Shown piece after piece: positions 1 to 7,960 of a DNA stretch of 64,000 nt. The position numbers and the translations under genes are program-made. Under the pieces are notes generated by a model, which was given only the letters and a program-made list of their open reading frames with translations, made no database searches and was not told where the DNA came from. Within the stretch, counting starts at the first letter, position 1. Every line of letters begins with the position of its first letter. The stretch lies in NCBI GenBank assembly GCA_047605165.1, contig JASGGG010000006.1, positions 23 through 64,022 of the forward strand. Reading direction: 5' to 3'. The stretch comes from Nocardioidaceae bacterium (GTDB lineage Bacteria; Actinomycetota; Actinomycetes; Propionibacteriales; Nocardioidaceae).

Positions 1-105
1 GAAGTGGACGCTATGCGAACAGCCCGCGCGAATGGTGTCAGCGTGAACGCGCTGGCACGCCGATTCGGAGTTCACCGCGGCACGGTGTGGGCGAAGACCC
101 GGTGA
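1..105 (+). CDS. 3' end of a gene encoding a resolvase/invertase- or transposase-type helix-turn-helix domain (5' part outside the window)
   Basis: Frame 1 reads EVDAMRTARANGVSVNALARRFGVHRGTVWAKTR then TGA at 103-105. The pattern G.S...LA..FGV.R.TV is typical of C-terminal HTH of serine resolvases and IS accessory proteins. Confidence 0.4.
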   Translation, partial: EVDAMRTARANGVSVNALARRFGVHRGTVWAKTR

Positions 106-518
106 TGATCGCTACCGACGGCGTGGGAGTTGAACTGTTCCGTTCCCCCTCGCACATGTATCGTGGGCCACGACGGCACCCCTTCACGGTGCAGTCCGCG
201 TCCCCGGAGGTTGCCACATCGCGGGGACACTCTCGTATCCAATCCCCTCAGCCTACGACCCCAAGCACCACACGCCCCCGACCAGGACATTGGCACCAAG
301 ATGGATACCCCCTTTTGCGCGAACTGTTCGAGGTCATGGCCCGTCGCCAGGGCCGCGCCCACGATCGCGCCTGCCGAGGTGCCGACGATCCGGTCCGCGG
401 CGGCCAGGTCCACACCGCTGTGCTTGAGTCCGACCAGCAGGCCGGCGGTCCAGGCGGTGCCGATCGGTCCTCCGCCGCCGAGGACGAGCACCGGGCCCTT
501 ATTGCCGGCGATCGTCAC
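72..518 (-). pseudogene. patatin-like phospholipase, N-terminal fragment only
   Basis: The N-terminus MTIAGNKGPVLVLGGGGPIGTAW...VGTSAGAIVGAALA carries the patatin GGGxxG oxyanion and GxSxG motifs. Recognisable sequence ends after about 70 aa (near nt 300). The rest of the ORF is R/G/W-rich frame noise. Confidence 0.5.
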
Positions 519-934
519 TGGTTGCCGCTGAGGTCGTGCGTGTGCAAGCCAGGACTGTCGGGGTCGATGTTCCAGCTGACGACCCGGCGGGGGTGGATGC
601 GGATGAGGTGCGTGCTCAGGCGCGGGTCTGCGGCGGGTTCGTGGGCTTGTTCGGCCGGTCCGCGGACCTCCAAGAAGCGCATCCCGTCGGGGCCGTCGCC
701 GATGGCATCGTCGACGACGAACGCGACGTTGGGGTGGGCGGCGATGTTGCGGTACTTGGCGGAGTGCTCCATGTCGATCCCCGCGATGTCGATCGTCCCT
801 AGGCGGGTGTTGTAGTGGTAGCCGACCGGCTTGTTCTGTGGGGTGCCGTTGGGGGCGACGGTCGCCAGGCGCCCGTGGTGATGGCTGGTCAGATAGTCGA
901 TGTGCGCGTCGTCGAGTGGCATGTCAGACCTCAA
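515..934 (-). CDS. PPOX-class F420-dependent / pyridoxamine 5'-phosphate oxidase family protein
   Basis: 139-aa ORF. LTSHHHGRLATVAPNGTPQNKPVGY...NIAAHPNVAFVVDD is typical of the PPOX split-barrel family. The start may be the internal Met at 922. Confidence 0.75.
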   Translation of the reverse strand: MRSDMPLDDAHIDYLTSHHHGRLATVAPNGTPQNKPVGYHYNTRLGTIDIAGIDMEHSAKYRNIAAHPNVAFVVDDAIGDGPDGMRFLEVRGPAEQAHEPAADPRLSTHLIRIHPRRVVSWNIDPDSPGLHTHDLSGNQ

Positions 935-1895
935 GGAGCGTTTTGCCGGTGACCGCTCGGGATTCGATCGCCCGGTGCGCGTCAGAGGCGTGCGCCAGCG
1001 GGAACGTCTGGCCGATGACCGGCGCGATGTCCCGATCCCCGGCCCGGGAAAGGATCAGGGTTGTCAGCCGGGCGCCCGCGGCCGCGTCGAGCTGCACCCG
1101 GTCGATCCCCAGCACGGTAATCCCGCGCCTGGTCGCCTCGGCGGGGTCGATCGGCGCGAAACCTCCGGCGGGCGCTCCGTGGGCTGAGAACCGGCCACCC
1201 GCCGCCGTCACCCCGAACGCGGCGCGGCCGATCTGACCACCGACACCATCGAAGATGACGTCGGCCCCGTGCCCGCCGATCAGCTGCGACGCCTGCGCAA
1301 CCCAGTCAGGCCGGGTGTAGTCGACGGTCTGATCGGCGCCGAGTCGAGTCGCGAGCGCCAGCTTGTGCTCGCCGCGGGCCGCGGCCAGGACGCGGGCACC
1401 AGCCCGGTGAGCGAGTTGGACCAGCAGTGCGCCAAGCCCGCCGGCCGCGCCGAGCACCACGACCCACTCGCCGGGCTGGGGTTCGGTGGCCTCGATCAGA
1501 GCCAGGGCCGTGCGACCGTCATGCAACAGCGCCGCCGCGGTGGGCAGATCGACACCATCAGGGACGGGGATCAACCGATCGACCGGCACCACGGCCTGCT
1601 CCCGGTATCCGCCGTCGTCAGGCGTGTCGGCCACCACCCGCCGTCCAATCCAGCTCGGGTCCGTATCGGGACCGACCGAGGCGACGATGCCTGCCACCCC
1701 AGCGCCGGGCACGTACGGCGGGCGCGCCGGGAACCACTCGCGGGCCAGCCCCGCCCGAATCTGGGTGTCGAGGTACAGCACGGGCGCGACCTCGACTCCC
1801 ACCACCGCGTCGCCGGTCGCCGGGGCCGGCGACGGAAGCTGAGTGAGTTCCAGGACCTCCGGTCCGCCGAACGCAACGGCGTGGATGGCACGCAT
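924..1895 (-). CDS. NADPH:quinone oxidoreductase / zinc-type alcohol dehydrogenase (MDR superfamily)
   Basis: MRAIHAVAFGGPEVLEL... and the Rossmann motif VVVLGAAGGLGALLVQLA. A GAAGGAGG RBS precedes the ATG at 1895. The gene is divergent from a TetR gene. Confidence 0.85.
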   Translation of the reverse strand: MRAIHAVAFGGPEVLELTQLPSPAPATGDAVVGVEVAPVLYLDTQIRAGLAREWFPARPPYVPGAGVAGIVASVGPDTDPSWIGRRVVADTPDDGGYREQAVVPVDRLIPVPDGVDLPTAAALLHDGRTALALIEATEPQPGEWVVVLGAAGGLGALLVQLAHRAGARVLAAARGEHKLALATRLGADQTVDYTRPDWVAQASQLIGGHGADVIFDGVGGQIGRAAFGVTAAGGRFSAHGAPAGGFAPIDPAEATRRGITVLGIDRVQLDAAAGARLTTLILSRAGDRDIAPVIGQTFPLAHASDAHRAIESRAVTGKTLLEV

Positions 1896-1966
1896 ACCGA
1901 CCTCCTTCATCGTTAGTGAATACCCTAAGCATAGGGCGTGCCCTATGAAAGTAGTAGGATGAGGCC

Positions 1967-2635
1967 ATGACCGAGCCGGGGCTGCGGGCGCGCAAGAAGC
2001 AGCAGACGCGGCGGCTGATCGCCGAAACCGCAGCCCGACTATTCGCCGAGGCCGGATACGAGAACGTGGCCGTCATCGACGTCGCCCGCGCCGCCGACGT
2101 GGCCGAGCAGACGGTCTACAACTACTTCCCGACCAAGGAGCACCTGGTCCTCGACCAGGCCGATGCGCTGCGAGACCGCCTCGTCGCCCTGATCCTTGAC
2201 CGCCCGCCAGGAGTCACCCCAGCGGCCGCGATCAAAGACGAAGCGCTCGCCTACGTCGCGGGGAACGCGTCGCTGCCCATCGAGCAGATCCGCGGGGGAC
2301 TCGGCCACCTCGCCACCCTCAGCCCAGGCGTACGCCGGCTATGCCTAGAAATGACCGACCACCTCGCCGACGCCATCGCGCCAGCGCTGCTCACCAGCAC
2401 CGACATTGACGATCCGGGCGTCGCCAAGCTGCACGCCATCGCGCTGGCCTGGGTGTTTCAGACCATCACCGACCACACCGGCCGGTACGCCCACCAAGGC
2501 CACACACCCAAACAGATCGCCGACCAACTCCGCCCCACGATCACCGCCATGCTCGACGACCTCGACCAGTGGCCCACCACCAGACCCCCGACATCAAACC
2601 GCAAGACACGCCGGGAACGACCAGTGCGGCGCTGA
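1967..2635 (+). CDS. TetR/AcrR family transcriptional regulator
   Basis: N-terminal HTH RKKQQTRRLIAETAARLFAEAGYENVAVIDVARAADVAEQTVYNYFPTKEHL. Confidence 0.9.
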   Translation: MTEPGLRARKKQQTRRLIAETAARLFAEAGYENVAVIDVARAADVAEQTVYNYFPTKEHLVLDQADALRDRLVALILDRPPGVTPAAAIKDEALAYVAGNASLPIEQIRGGLGHLATLSPGVRRLCLEMTDHLADAIAPALLTSTDIDDPGVAKLHAIALAWVFQTITDHTGRYAHQGHTPKQIADQLRPTITAMLDDLDQWPTTRPPTSNRKTRRERPVRR

Positions 2636-2654
2636 GCACCGGAACAACCCTGGA

Positions 2655-3030
2655 TTGACCGCCGCGAGCGACAAGCTGCTCGCGGCGCACTTCGCCGACG
2701 CCATCGACTTGCCCACGTTGAAACGGCACCAAGACCGCGTCCGCGCGGGCCTGGCCGACGTGAACCGGCGTCTCGCGGAACACGACGAGCACCACACCGG
2801 AGGGCGGGCATTCCTCCATGACTCGCTACGGCTGCTCACCGACGCCCACCATGCCTACGCCCGATCCGGCGACGCCGACCGCAGGCTCGCGTGCCAAGCG
2901 TTCTACACCCGCCTCGACATCACCGACGACGAACAACTCCGCCCACGCCTGGCCGAGCCGTTCGCCACCATCATCCGCGAAGCGCGCGAATGCGGCGACG
3001 ACGGGGGCGAGGAGCCCTTACGGGAACATG
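2655..3030 (+). pseudogene. C-terminal remnant of a large serine recombinase
   Basis: KLLAAHFADAIDLPTLKRHQDRVRAGLADVNRRL...RRLACQAFYTRLDITDDEQL matches the conserved coiled-coil C-terminal tail of actinobacterial large serine recombinases. There is no catalytic N-terminal domain upstream, because the TetR gene occupies that space. Confidence 0.6.
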
Positions 3031-3072
3031 GCACGCCCACGCACGTCGCGTGTTCCCGTAAGACACTTTGGG

Positions 3073-3145
3073 TGGAGCATAGGAGACTCGAACTCCTGAC
3101 ATCTGCCTTGCAAAGGCAGCGCTCTACCAACTGAGCTAATGCCCC
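3073..3145 (-). tRNA. tRNA-Ala(TGC)
   Basis: Reverse complement is GGGGCATTAGCTCAGTTGGTAGAGCGCTGCCTTTGCAAGGCAGATGTCAGGAGTTCGAGTCTCCTATGCTCCA. It forms a full cloverleaf with anticodon loop TT-TGC-AA and the G3:U70 Ala identity pair. Confidence 0.9.
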
Positions 3146-3161
3146 CTGTTGAGTTATCCAG

Positions 3162-3206
3162 CGTCCTGCTTGCAAAGCAGGCGCGCTACCAATTGCGCCA
3201 TGCCCC
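3162..3206 (-). pseudogene. orphan 5' half of a tRNA-Ala(TGC)-like gene (acceptor 5' strand, D arm, anticodon arm; no T arm)
   Basis: Reverse complement is GGGGCATGGCGCAATTGGTAGCGCGCCTGCTTTGCAAGCAGGACG. Downstream sequence (CTGGATAACTCAACAG) cannot form a T arm or a 3' acceptor strand. Confidence 0.6.
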
Positions 3207-3230
3207 TGGTGGGCGTTGGCGCCGCTGGCC

Positions 3231-3350
3231 CTACTCGACGTTGTCGGTGGCCTCGGCCCACAGAGCTGCTTCCTGTTTGCTCGACTTGAGCTTGCGGAAG
3301 GCGAAGACCGCGCCGACAGCGGCGAGTGCGATAAGGAGAAGCTTCTTCAT
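3231..3350 (-). CDS. DLW-39 family small membrane protein (39 aa)
   Basis: MKKLLLIALAAVGAVFAFRKLKSSKQEAALWAEATDNVE with an AGGAG-like RBS. It sits between tRNA-Ile and tRNA-Ala, as in other Actinomycetota. Confidence 0.7.
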   Translation of the reverse strand: MKKLLLIALAAVGAVFAFRKLKSSKQEAALWAEATDNVE

Positions 3351-3387
3351 AGGAGTGCCTCCAAGGGCGGCGGTGGATGGGCTCCGG

Positions 3388-3461
3388 TGGGCCTAGGAGG
3401 ACTTGAACCTCCGACCTCTTCCTTATCAGGGAAGCGCTCTAACCGTCTGAGCTATAGGCCC
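3388..3461 (-). tRNA. tRNA-Ile(GAT)
   Basis: Reverse complement is GGGCCTATAGCTCAGACGGTTAGAGCGCTTCCCTGATAAGGAAGAGGTCGGAGGTTCAAGTCCTCCTAGGCCCA, with anticodon loop CT-GAT-AA. Confidence 0.92.
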
Positions 3462-3556
3462 GCACAACGATCGGCCAAGCCCGCCTGAGGCGACACGTGG
3501 CCGACGACGAAGATTACCCCAAAGCAGGGAACGGTCACAAAACCGCGGTGGGGTGG

Positions 3557-3645
3557 AGTTGTGGCCGATGGTGACTGTGCAAGGGGCGGAAACGCTGTCG
3601 GCATCGGCCACAATCCGGCGACAGTTGCCACCATCGGCCACTTTG
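3557..3645. repeat. intergenic structured repeat built from TGTGGCCGATGG / CCATCGGCCACA modules (copy A)
   Basis: Three modules at 3559-3572, 3601-3618 and 3624-3641. The 18-mers GCATCGGCCACAATCCGG and GTTGCCACCATCGGCCAC recur at 12882-12899 (inverted) and 12952-12969 (direct). Confidence 0.7.
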
Positions 3646-3852
3646 CGGCGCCAGCCAGGGACGAGTACGCCGTCGATGAGCTGGTGCAGGTGCCGCCGGA
3701 AGCGCTCGACCACGGCTGGCTGTCGGGTCGTCCTGCCGGCGGGTCACGGGCTCAACCTAGCCCAGCCCGCCCCCGGAGGATGGGAGCGCTGGGTCGTGGC
3801 AGTAGCAGTGGCACGGAAGGGGCAGCCCTCACCACGCCGTAGGCTCGACAGC

Positions 3853-4560
3853 GTGTCCGCCCTGCTGTCGCCGCGCATGCTCGCGTTGCACGTGGTAGCG
3901 CTGGCGGCCATCGGGACGGCGGTGCTGCTCGGCACGTGGCAGTACGACGTGTGGGCCGACCACCGGCACGACCAGGCAGCGAAGCTCGCCCATCAGGCGC
4001 CCCGGCCACTCGACGACCTGCTCGGCCCCGACGACCCGTTCAGCAACGACGCGGTCGGAAGACCGGTCACCTTCACGGGGAACTGGGACGCCGCGCACAC
4101 CACTACCGTGACCTCGGGCGCGGGGGAGTGGGTGGTCACGCCGGTACGGATCGGCGACTCCGCGATCCTCGTCGCCCGAGGCAGCACCACCCCAGGGAAG
4201 GCGGCCGCACCGGTCAGCGGCCAGATCACGGTCACCGGCTGGCTGCAACCCAGCGCCGACGCGGGCGACGAAACCGTCGGCGTACGCGTCGCCGACTTCG
4301 TGCAGGAGATCGACACCGACCTCTACAGCGGGTACGTCATCGCCCGGACCCCGCAGGACCCGGGGCTCGCACCGATCACCCCCGACCAACTCCCCGAGGC
4401 CGACTCGTTCACGAGCATCCGCAACCTGCTCTACGCCCTGGAGTGGTGGGTGTTCGCGGGCTTCGCCGGATTCATCTGGTGGCGCTGGTGCCGCGACGAG
4501 GTGGCCCGGGTCAGGGCTGGGGCGCCAACGCAGGATGCTCCGACCGCACCCGCTGCATGA
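3853..4560 (+). CDS. SURF1 family cytochrome oxidase assembly protein
   Basis: LGTWQYDVW...VTGWLQP...DSFTSIRNLLYALEWWVFAGFAGFIWWRW, with two terminal TM segments. GTG start inferred at 3853. Confidence 0.75.
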   Translation: MSALLSPRMLALHVVALAAIGTAVLLGTWQYDVWADHRHDQAAKLAHQAPRPLDDLLGPDDPFSNDAVGRPVTFTGNWDAAHTTTVTSGAGEWVVTPVRIGDSAILVARGSTTPGKAAAPVSGQITVTGWLQPSADAGDETVGVRVADFVQEIDTDLYSGYVIARTPQDPGLAPITPDQLPEADSFTSIRNLLYALEWWVFAGFAGFIWWRWCRDEVARVRAGAPTQDAPTAPAA

Positions 4561-4852
4561 CCTTGTGCTCGACGAAGAACATCAAGACCGGTACGAGCCC
4601 GGCGGCCAGCATGACGAGGGTGTACGGGATGCTCCAGCCGGCCTTGCGTGCCAGCAGGATCGCGACCACGAAGTAGGCGATGTAGAACCAGCCGTGGATC
4701 GGCCAGAGGAACGCGAGATTCTCGCCGAACCGCTGCGGCGATGATCCCTCGGTCAGCAGGTACTTGCACAAGGAGCCGATGGTGGCGACGAGCAGCAGGA
4801 CGCCGACGATCAGGGCGAGTGGGCGATACCACCGGACGAGACTGGCCACCAC
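4511..4852 (-). CDS. DUF3817-type integral membrane protein
   Basis: 113 aa with 3-4 TM segments. It carries the motif WPIHGWFYIAYFVVAILLARKAGWS. Confidence 0.7.
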   Translation of the reverse strand: MVASLVRWYRPLALIVGVLLLVATIGSLCKYLLTEGSSPQRFGENLAFLWPIHGWFYIAYFVVAILLARKAGWSIPYTLVMLAAGLVPVLMFFVEHKVMQRVRSEHPALAPQP

Positions 4853-4962
4853 CCCAGATTAGGCAGCGGCCAAAGCGACCGAGCCAACGGGTCACAGCGG
4901 CACTCGTGGACCGGGTCGACCGCGACACGCAGGACCCGAACGACCGGGGGATCGCCGGTTCC

Positions 4963-6171
4963 TCAGTCGTGCCAGTTCGGCACCGTCGGGTGGTCGCTGG
5001 GATCCTCGCTGTTCGGGCTGATGTTCATCGCCGTCGCGAGCTCGCCGACGTTCCACCACCAATTGGGCACCTCGCGGGTGCTGTCGCTGGGTCCGAACAG
5101 GTCGAAGGTGAGGTCGGGCGTGCTGATCTTGATGGCGACGGTGTCGACCCGGTTGTAGGTCTCGTTGTCGTGGTAGCCGAGTATCCAGATGACGCCCGGG
5201 CGGTGGGCGGTGGCCTTGGCCCAGCGGATGACGTTGTCCTTGCTCCACGCGAAGCACATGCTGCCGTCGTCGAGCCGCACCTGCCGGTTGAGTTTCGTGC
5301 ACGGCATCGGGTCGACGATCGGCGCCTTCCCGGCCACGGTCAGGATGTCGACGGTGGCGGGAGACCAGCGCCCCTTGGCCGGGACCTTGAGGTGTGCTCC
5401 GACCGCGTCCGGTCCGAGGACGTCGAGCGTGGACGGCCCGGCGGCGGACGGAGTGAAGTCGGCGTAGCGGATCACCTCCGCGGCAAGCTCCTCCGGCTCC
5501 GTGCGACCTGCCGCCGGCTTGTCGGGCGGCGACTCGGGGCCGGTGTAGGAAGGGATCTGCTTACCCGCGGCAACGGTGTCGTGGTTCATCGCGAAGGTGA
5601 AGTCCGGGTCGAGTACGATCGCCCGCAGCTGGTCGAGGTCGAGCGGGAAGTGCGTGGCGGAGCGTGGATCGGTCTTGATCTCGGAGGACTCGACCTGCGC
5701 GAAGGCGATCTCGTCGTCGTGGACGAAGGTGTAGCTCGCGTACCCGGGCTCTTCCTCGGGCGCTTCTCGCTCCCAGGCGTACACGAGGGTCCCGCCGTCG
5801 GTCTTCTCGTCGTCGCAGCCGCCGCGCTCCTGCTGTTCGGGCTGACAGGTGAGCCGCTCGCGCTCCTTCGCCGACAGGTCGGAGAGCCGGGAGAGCCGGA
5901 GCCGCACAGTGAGGGCGCGGCCGTTCTCGGTGCCCTCGGGGTCGACGCCGTAGTCGACGTCAGCCGCTACGTAGGCAGGGTCTCCCCACTCGGAGTACTC
6001 ACCGCGGGTGCGCTTGGCCGTCTTCGTGATGTGCTCGATGGCGACCGCAGCCAGACCTCGGGCGGTCGCTGTGCCGGTCTGGCCACCGGCTGTGGCTACG
6101 TCGTCGCCGCAGGAGGACAGCAAGGCCGTCGCGACGAGCAGGCTCGCCGCGATGGTCCCCGCATGCCGCAC
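4963..6171 (-). CDS. hypothetical secreted lipoprotein
   Basis: Signal peptide plus lipobox MRHAGTIAASLLVATALLSSCGDD. 402 aa with no recognisable catalytic motif. Confidence 0.65.
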   Translation of the reverse strand: MRHAGTIAASLLVATALLSSCGDDVATAGGQTGTATARGLAAVAIEHITKTAKRTRGEYSEWGDPAYVAADVDYGVDPEGTENGRALTVRLRLSRLSDLSAKERERLTCQPEQQERGGCDDEKTDGGTLVYAWEREAPEEEPGYASYTFVHDDEIAFAQVESSEIKTDPRSATHFPLDLDQLRAIVLDPDFTFAMNHDTVAAGKQIPSYTGPESPPDKPAAGRTEPEELAAEVIRYADFTPSAAGPSTLDVLGPDAVGAHLKVPAKGRWSPATVDILTVAGKAPIVDPMPCTKLNRQVRLDDGSMCFAWSKDNVIRWAKATAHRPGVIWILGYHDNETYNRVDTVAIKISTPDLTFDLFGPSDSTREVPNWWWNVGELATAMNISPNSEDPSDHPTVPNWHD

Positions 6172-6177
6172 TGCCGC

Positions 6178-6405
6178 TCAGTCTTGTTCGGCCTGGTCGG
6201 ACAAGTCCTCGTCGGGTGCGGCGCCGTCGATCGGCTCCTCTGCCGTGGGCTCCGGAACAGCGGCGGGCTCCGGAACAGCGGCGGGCTCGGGGACGGGAGC
6301 TGGAGCAGGGGCCGACTCCCAGGCCGGCTCCTTCTGCCCGGTCAGCTTCTTGACAACGGCTGCGGCGACTGCTCCGAGCCCGGCAAGGATGAGAAGTTTT
6401 CGCAT
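6178..6405 (-). CDS. small membrane-anchored protein with acidic Pro/Ala/Glu tail (DLW-39-like N-terminus)
   Basis: MRKLLILAGLGAVAAAVVKKLTGQKEPAWESAPAPAPVPEPAAVPEPAAVPEPTAEEPIDGAAPDEDLSDQAEQD. It lies inside a longer shadow ORF, and an 18-bp tandem duplication lies at 6247-6282. Confidence 0.55.
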   Translation of the reverse strand: MRKLLILAGLGAVAAAVVKKLTGQKEPAWESAPAPAPVPEPAAVPEPAAVPEPTAEEPIDGAAPDEDLSDQAEQD

Positions 6406-6528
6406 AGGGACATCTTGCCCGGTGGACGCAGCAGATACACCCCCGTGACAAGATCGGTTTCGCCGGCAACCGCAGGCACGACGACGTACGAGCGACGCAC
6501 CAAACGATGTAAAGAGAGTGACGACGGC

Positions 6529-7044
6529 ATGGCCGAGACCTACGCGACCCTCAAGACCAACAAGGGTGACATCGTCATCCACCTGCTCCCCAACCACGCG
6601 CCCAAGACGGTGGCGAACTTCGTGGAATTGGCGCAGGGTACCAAGGAGGGCGCCAACAAGCAGGGACCGTTCTACGACGGGCTCACCTTCCACCGCGTCA
6701 TCGACGACTTCATGATCCAGGGCGGCTGCCCGCTCGGCACCGGCACCGGCGACCCCGGCTACCGCTTCGACGACGAGATCCACCCCGAGCTCGTGTTCGA
6801 CCGCCCCTACCTGCTGGCGATGGCCAATGCGGGCATCCAGGGCGGCAAGGGCACGAACGGCTCCCAGTTCTTCATCACGCTGGCCCCCACTGGGTGGCTC
6901 AACCGCAAGCACACGATCTTCGGTGAGGTCACCGACGACGCCTCCCAGGCCGTGGTCGACGCGATCGGGAAGGTCGCGACCGGCGCGATGGACCGCCCGA
7001 CCGACCCGGTCGTCATCGAGTCGGTGACCGTCGAGGAGCGCTGA
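6529..7044 (+). CDS. ppiA: peptidyl-prolyl cis-trans isomerase (cyclophilin type)
   Basis: FHRVIDDFMIQGGCPLGTGTGDPGY...MANAGIQGGKGTNGSQFFIT...HTIFGEV. Confidence 0.95.
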   Translation: MAETYATLKTNKGDIVIHLLPNHAPKTVANFVELAQGTKEGANKQGPFYDGLTFHRVIDDFMIQGGCPLGTGTGDPGYRFDDEIHPELVFDRPYLLAMANAGIQGGKGTNGSQFFITLAPTGWLNRKHTIFGEVTDDASQAVVDAIGKVATGAMDRPTDPVVIESVTVEER

Positions 7045-7053
7045 GCGCTCGCG

Positions 7054-7944
7054 TTGACCGATCCCACCCCACCGGACACAGTCCCGGTCTGCTACCGCCA
7101 CCCCGGCAAGGAGACCTACATCTCCTGCCAACGGTGCGGCAAGCCGATCTGCCCGGACTGCATGCGTTCGGCGGCGGTGGGATTCCAGTGCCCGGACTGC
7201 GTCAAGGAGGGCGCCAAGAGCACCCGGTCCGGCCGCACTCCGTACGGCGGTGAGATCAGCCGGCATCCGGCGCGCACCACGCAGGTCCTGATCGGCGTCA
7301 ACGCCGCGGTCTGGTTGCTGATCCTGGCGACGGGAGCCGCCGACAGCCTCTGGGTCGGCCGGCTCGCGCTCGTACCCGACACCACCTGCGTGCAGGGCAA
7401 CGCGCTTGGCTGCACCCAGGTCGTCGACGGGGTCGCCAACGGCGACTGGTGGCAGCTGGTCACCTCGATGTTCGCCCACGTCCAGGTCTGGCACATCGGC
7501 TTCAACATGCTCGCCCTGTGGGTGCTCGGACCGCAGCTCGAGCTGTTCCTCGGCCGGACGAGATACCTGGCGGTGTACCTGCTCTCCGGCCTCGCCGGCA
7601 GCGTCTGCGTCTACTGGTTCGAGAGCCCGAACTCGCTGACCCTGGGAGCCTCCGGCGCACTGTTCGGCGTGATGGGTGCGCTCGCGGTCATCGCGCTCAA
7701 GCTGCACGGCAACGTCAGCGGCCTGCTGACCTGGATCGCGATCAACTTCGCGTTCACGTTCATGCCGGGCATGAACATCTCCTGGCAGGGACACCTCGGC
7801 GGTTTCGCCGGCGGTTGCCTGCTGGCAGCGTTGATCGTGTACGCCCCCCGCCAGCTCCGCGCACCGGTCCAGATCGGCGGCCTGGCCGCCTTCACGCTCG
7901 TCCTCCTCGGCCTGATCGTCGCCCGCACCCTCGCGTTGGCTTAG
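7054..7944 (+). CDS. rhomboid family intramembrane serine protease with N-terminal zinc ribbon
   Basis: CYRHPGKETYISCQRCGKPICPDC...CPDC is followed by six TM segments, the GASGALFG catalytic Ser and the WHIGFNM motif. Confidence 0.9.
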   Translation: MTDPTPPDTVPVCYRHPGKETYISCQRCGKPICPDCMRSAAVGFQCPDCVKEGAKSTRSGRTPYGGEISRHPARTTQVLIGVNAAVWLLILATGAADSLWVGRLALVPDTTCVQGNALGCTQVVDGVANGDWWQLVTSMFAHVQVWHIGFNMLALWVLGPQLELFLGRTRYLAVYLLSGLAGSVCVYWFESPNSLTLGASGALFGVMGALAVIALKLHGNVSGLLTWIAINFAFTFMPGMNISWQGHLGGFAGGCLLAALIVYAPRQLRAPVQIGGLAAFTLVLLGLIVARTLALA

Positions 7945-7960
7945 GGGACCGCTGATTTCT

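Noticed and set aside
2406-3134. 242-aa ORF as an intact gene
   Set aside because: Its first 80 or so codons overlap the TetR gene out of frame, and its last 25 or so codons run into tRNA-Ala. Only the middle part (2655-3030) has protein-like sequence, and that is a recombinase tail without a catalytic domain.
3162-3206. Possible complete second tRNA (considered tRNA-Cys GCA or a second functional tRNA-Ala)
   Set aside because: With a 5-bp anticodon stem the 7-nt loop is TTTGCAA, so the anticodon is TGC rather than GCA. The downstream 30 nt cannot form a T arm or the acceptor 3' strand. I kept it only as an orphan 5' half.
6247-6282. Short tandem repeats as possible CRISPR or VNTR arrays (also 13023-13070 in pknB)
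   Set aside because: There are two to four copies of 12-18 bp units with no spacers, in frame within coding tails (PEPAAV and TPTE repeats). This is not CRISPR architecture, and no cas genes are present.
4648-7044. 798-aa + strand ORF in the track
   Set aside because: Only the last 171 codons (6529-7044) are the real cyclophilin gene. The upstream part is R/G/V-rich shadow sequence lying antisense to the lipoprotein and small-protein genes, which is typical of high-GC open frames.
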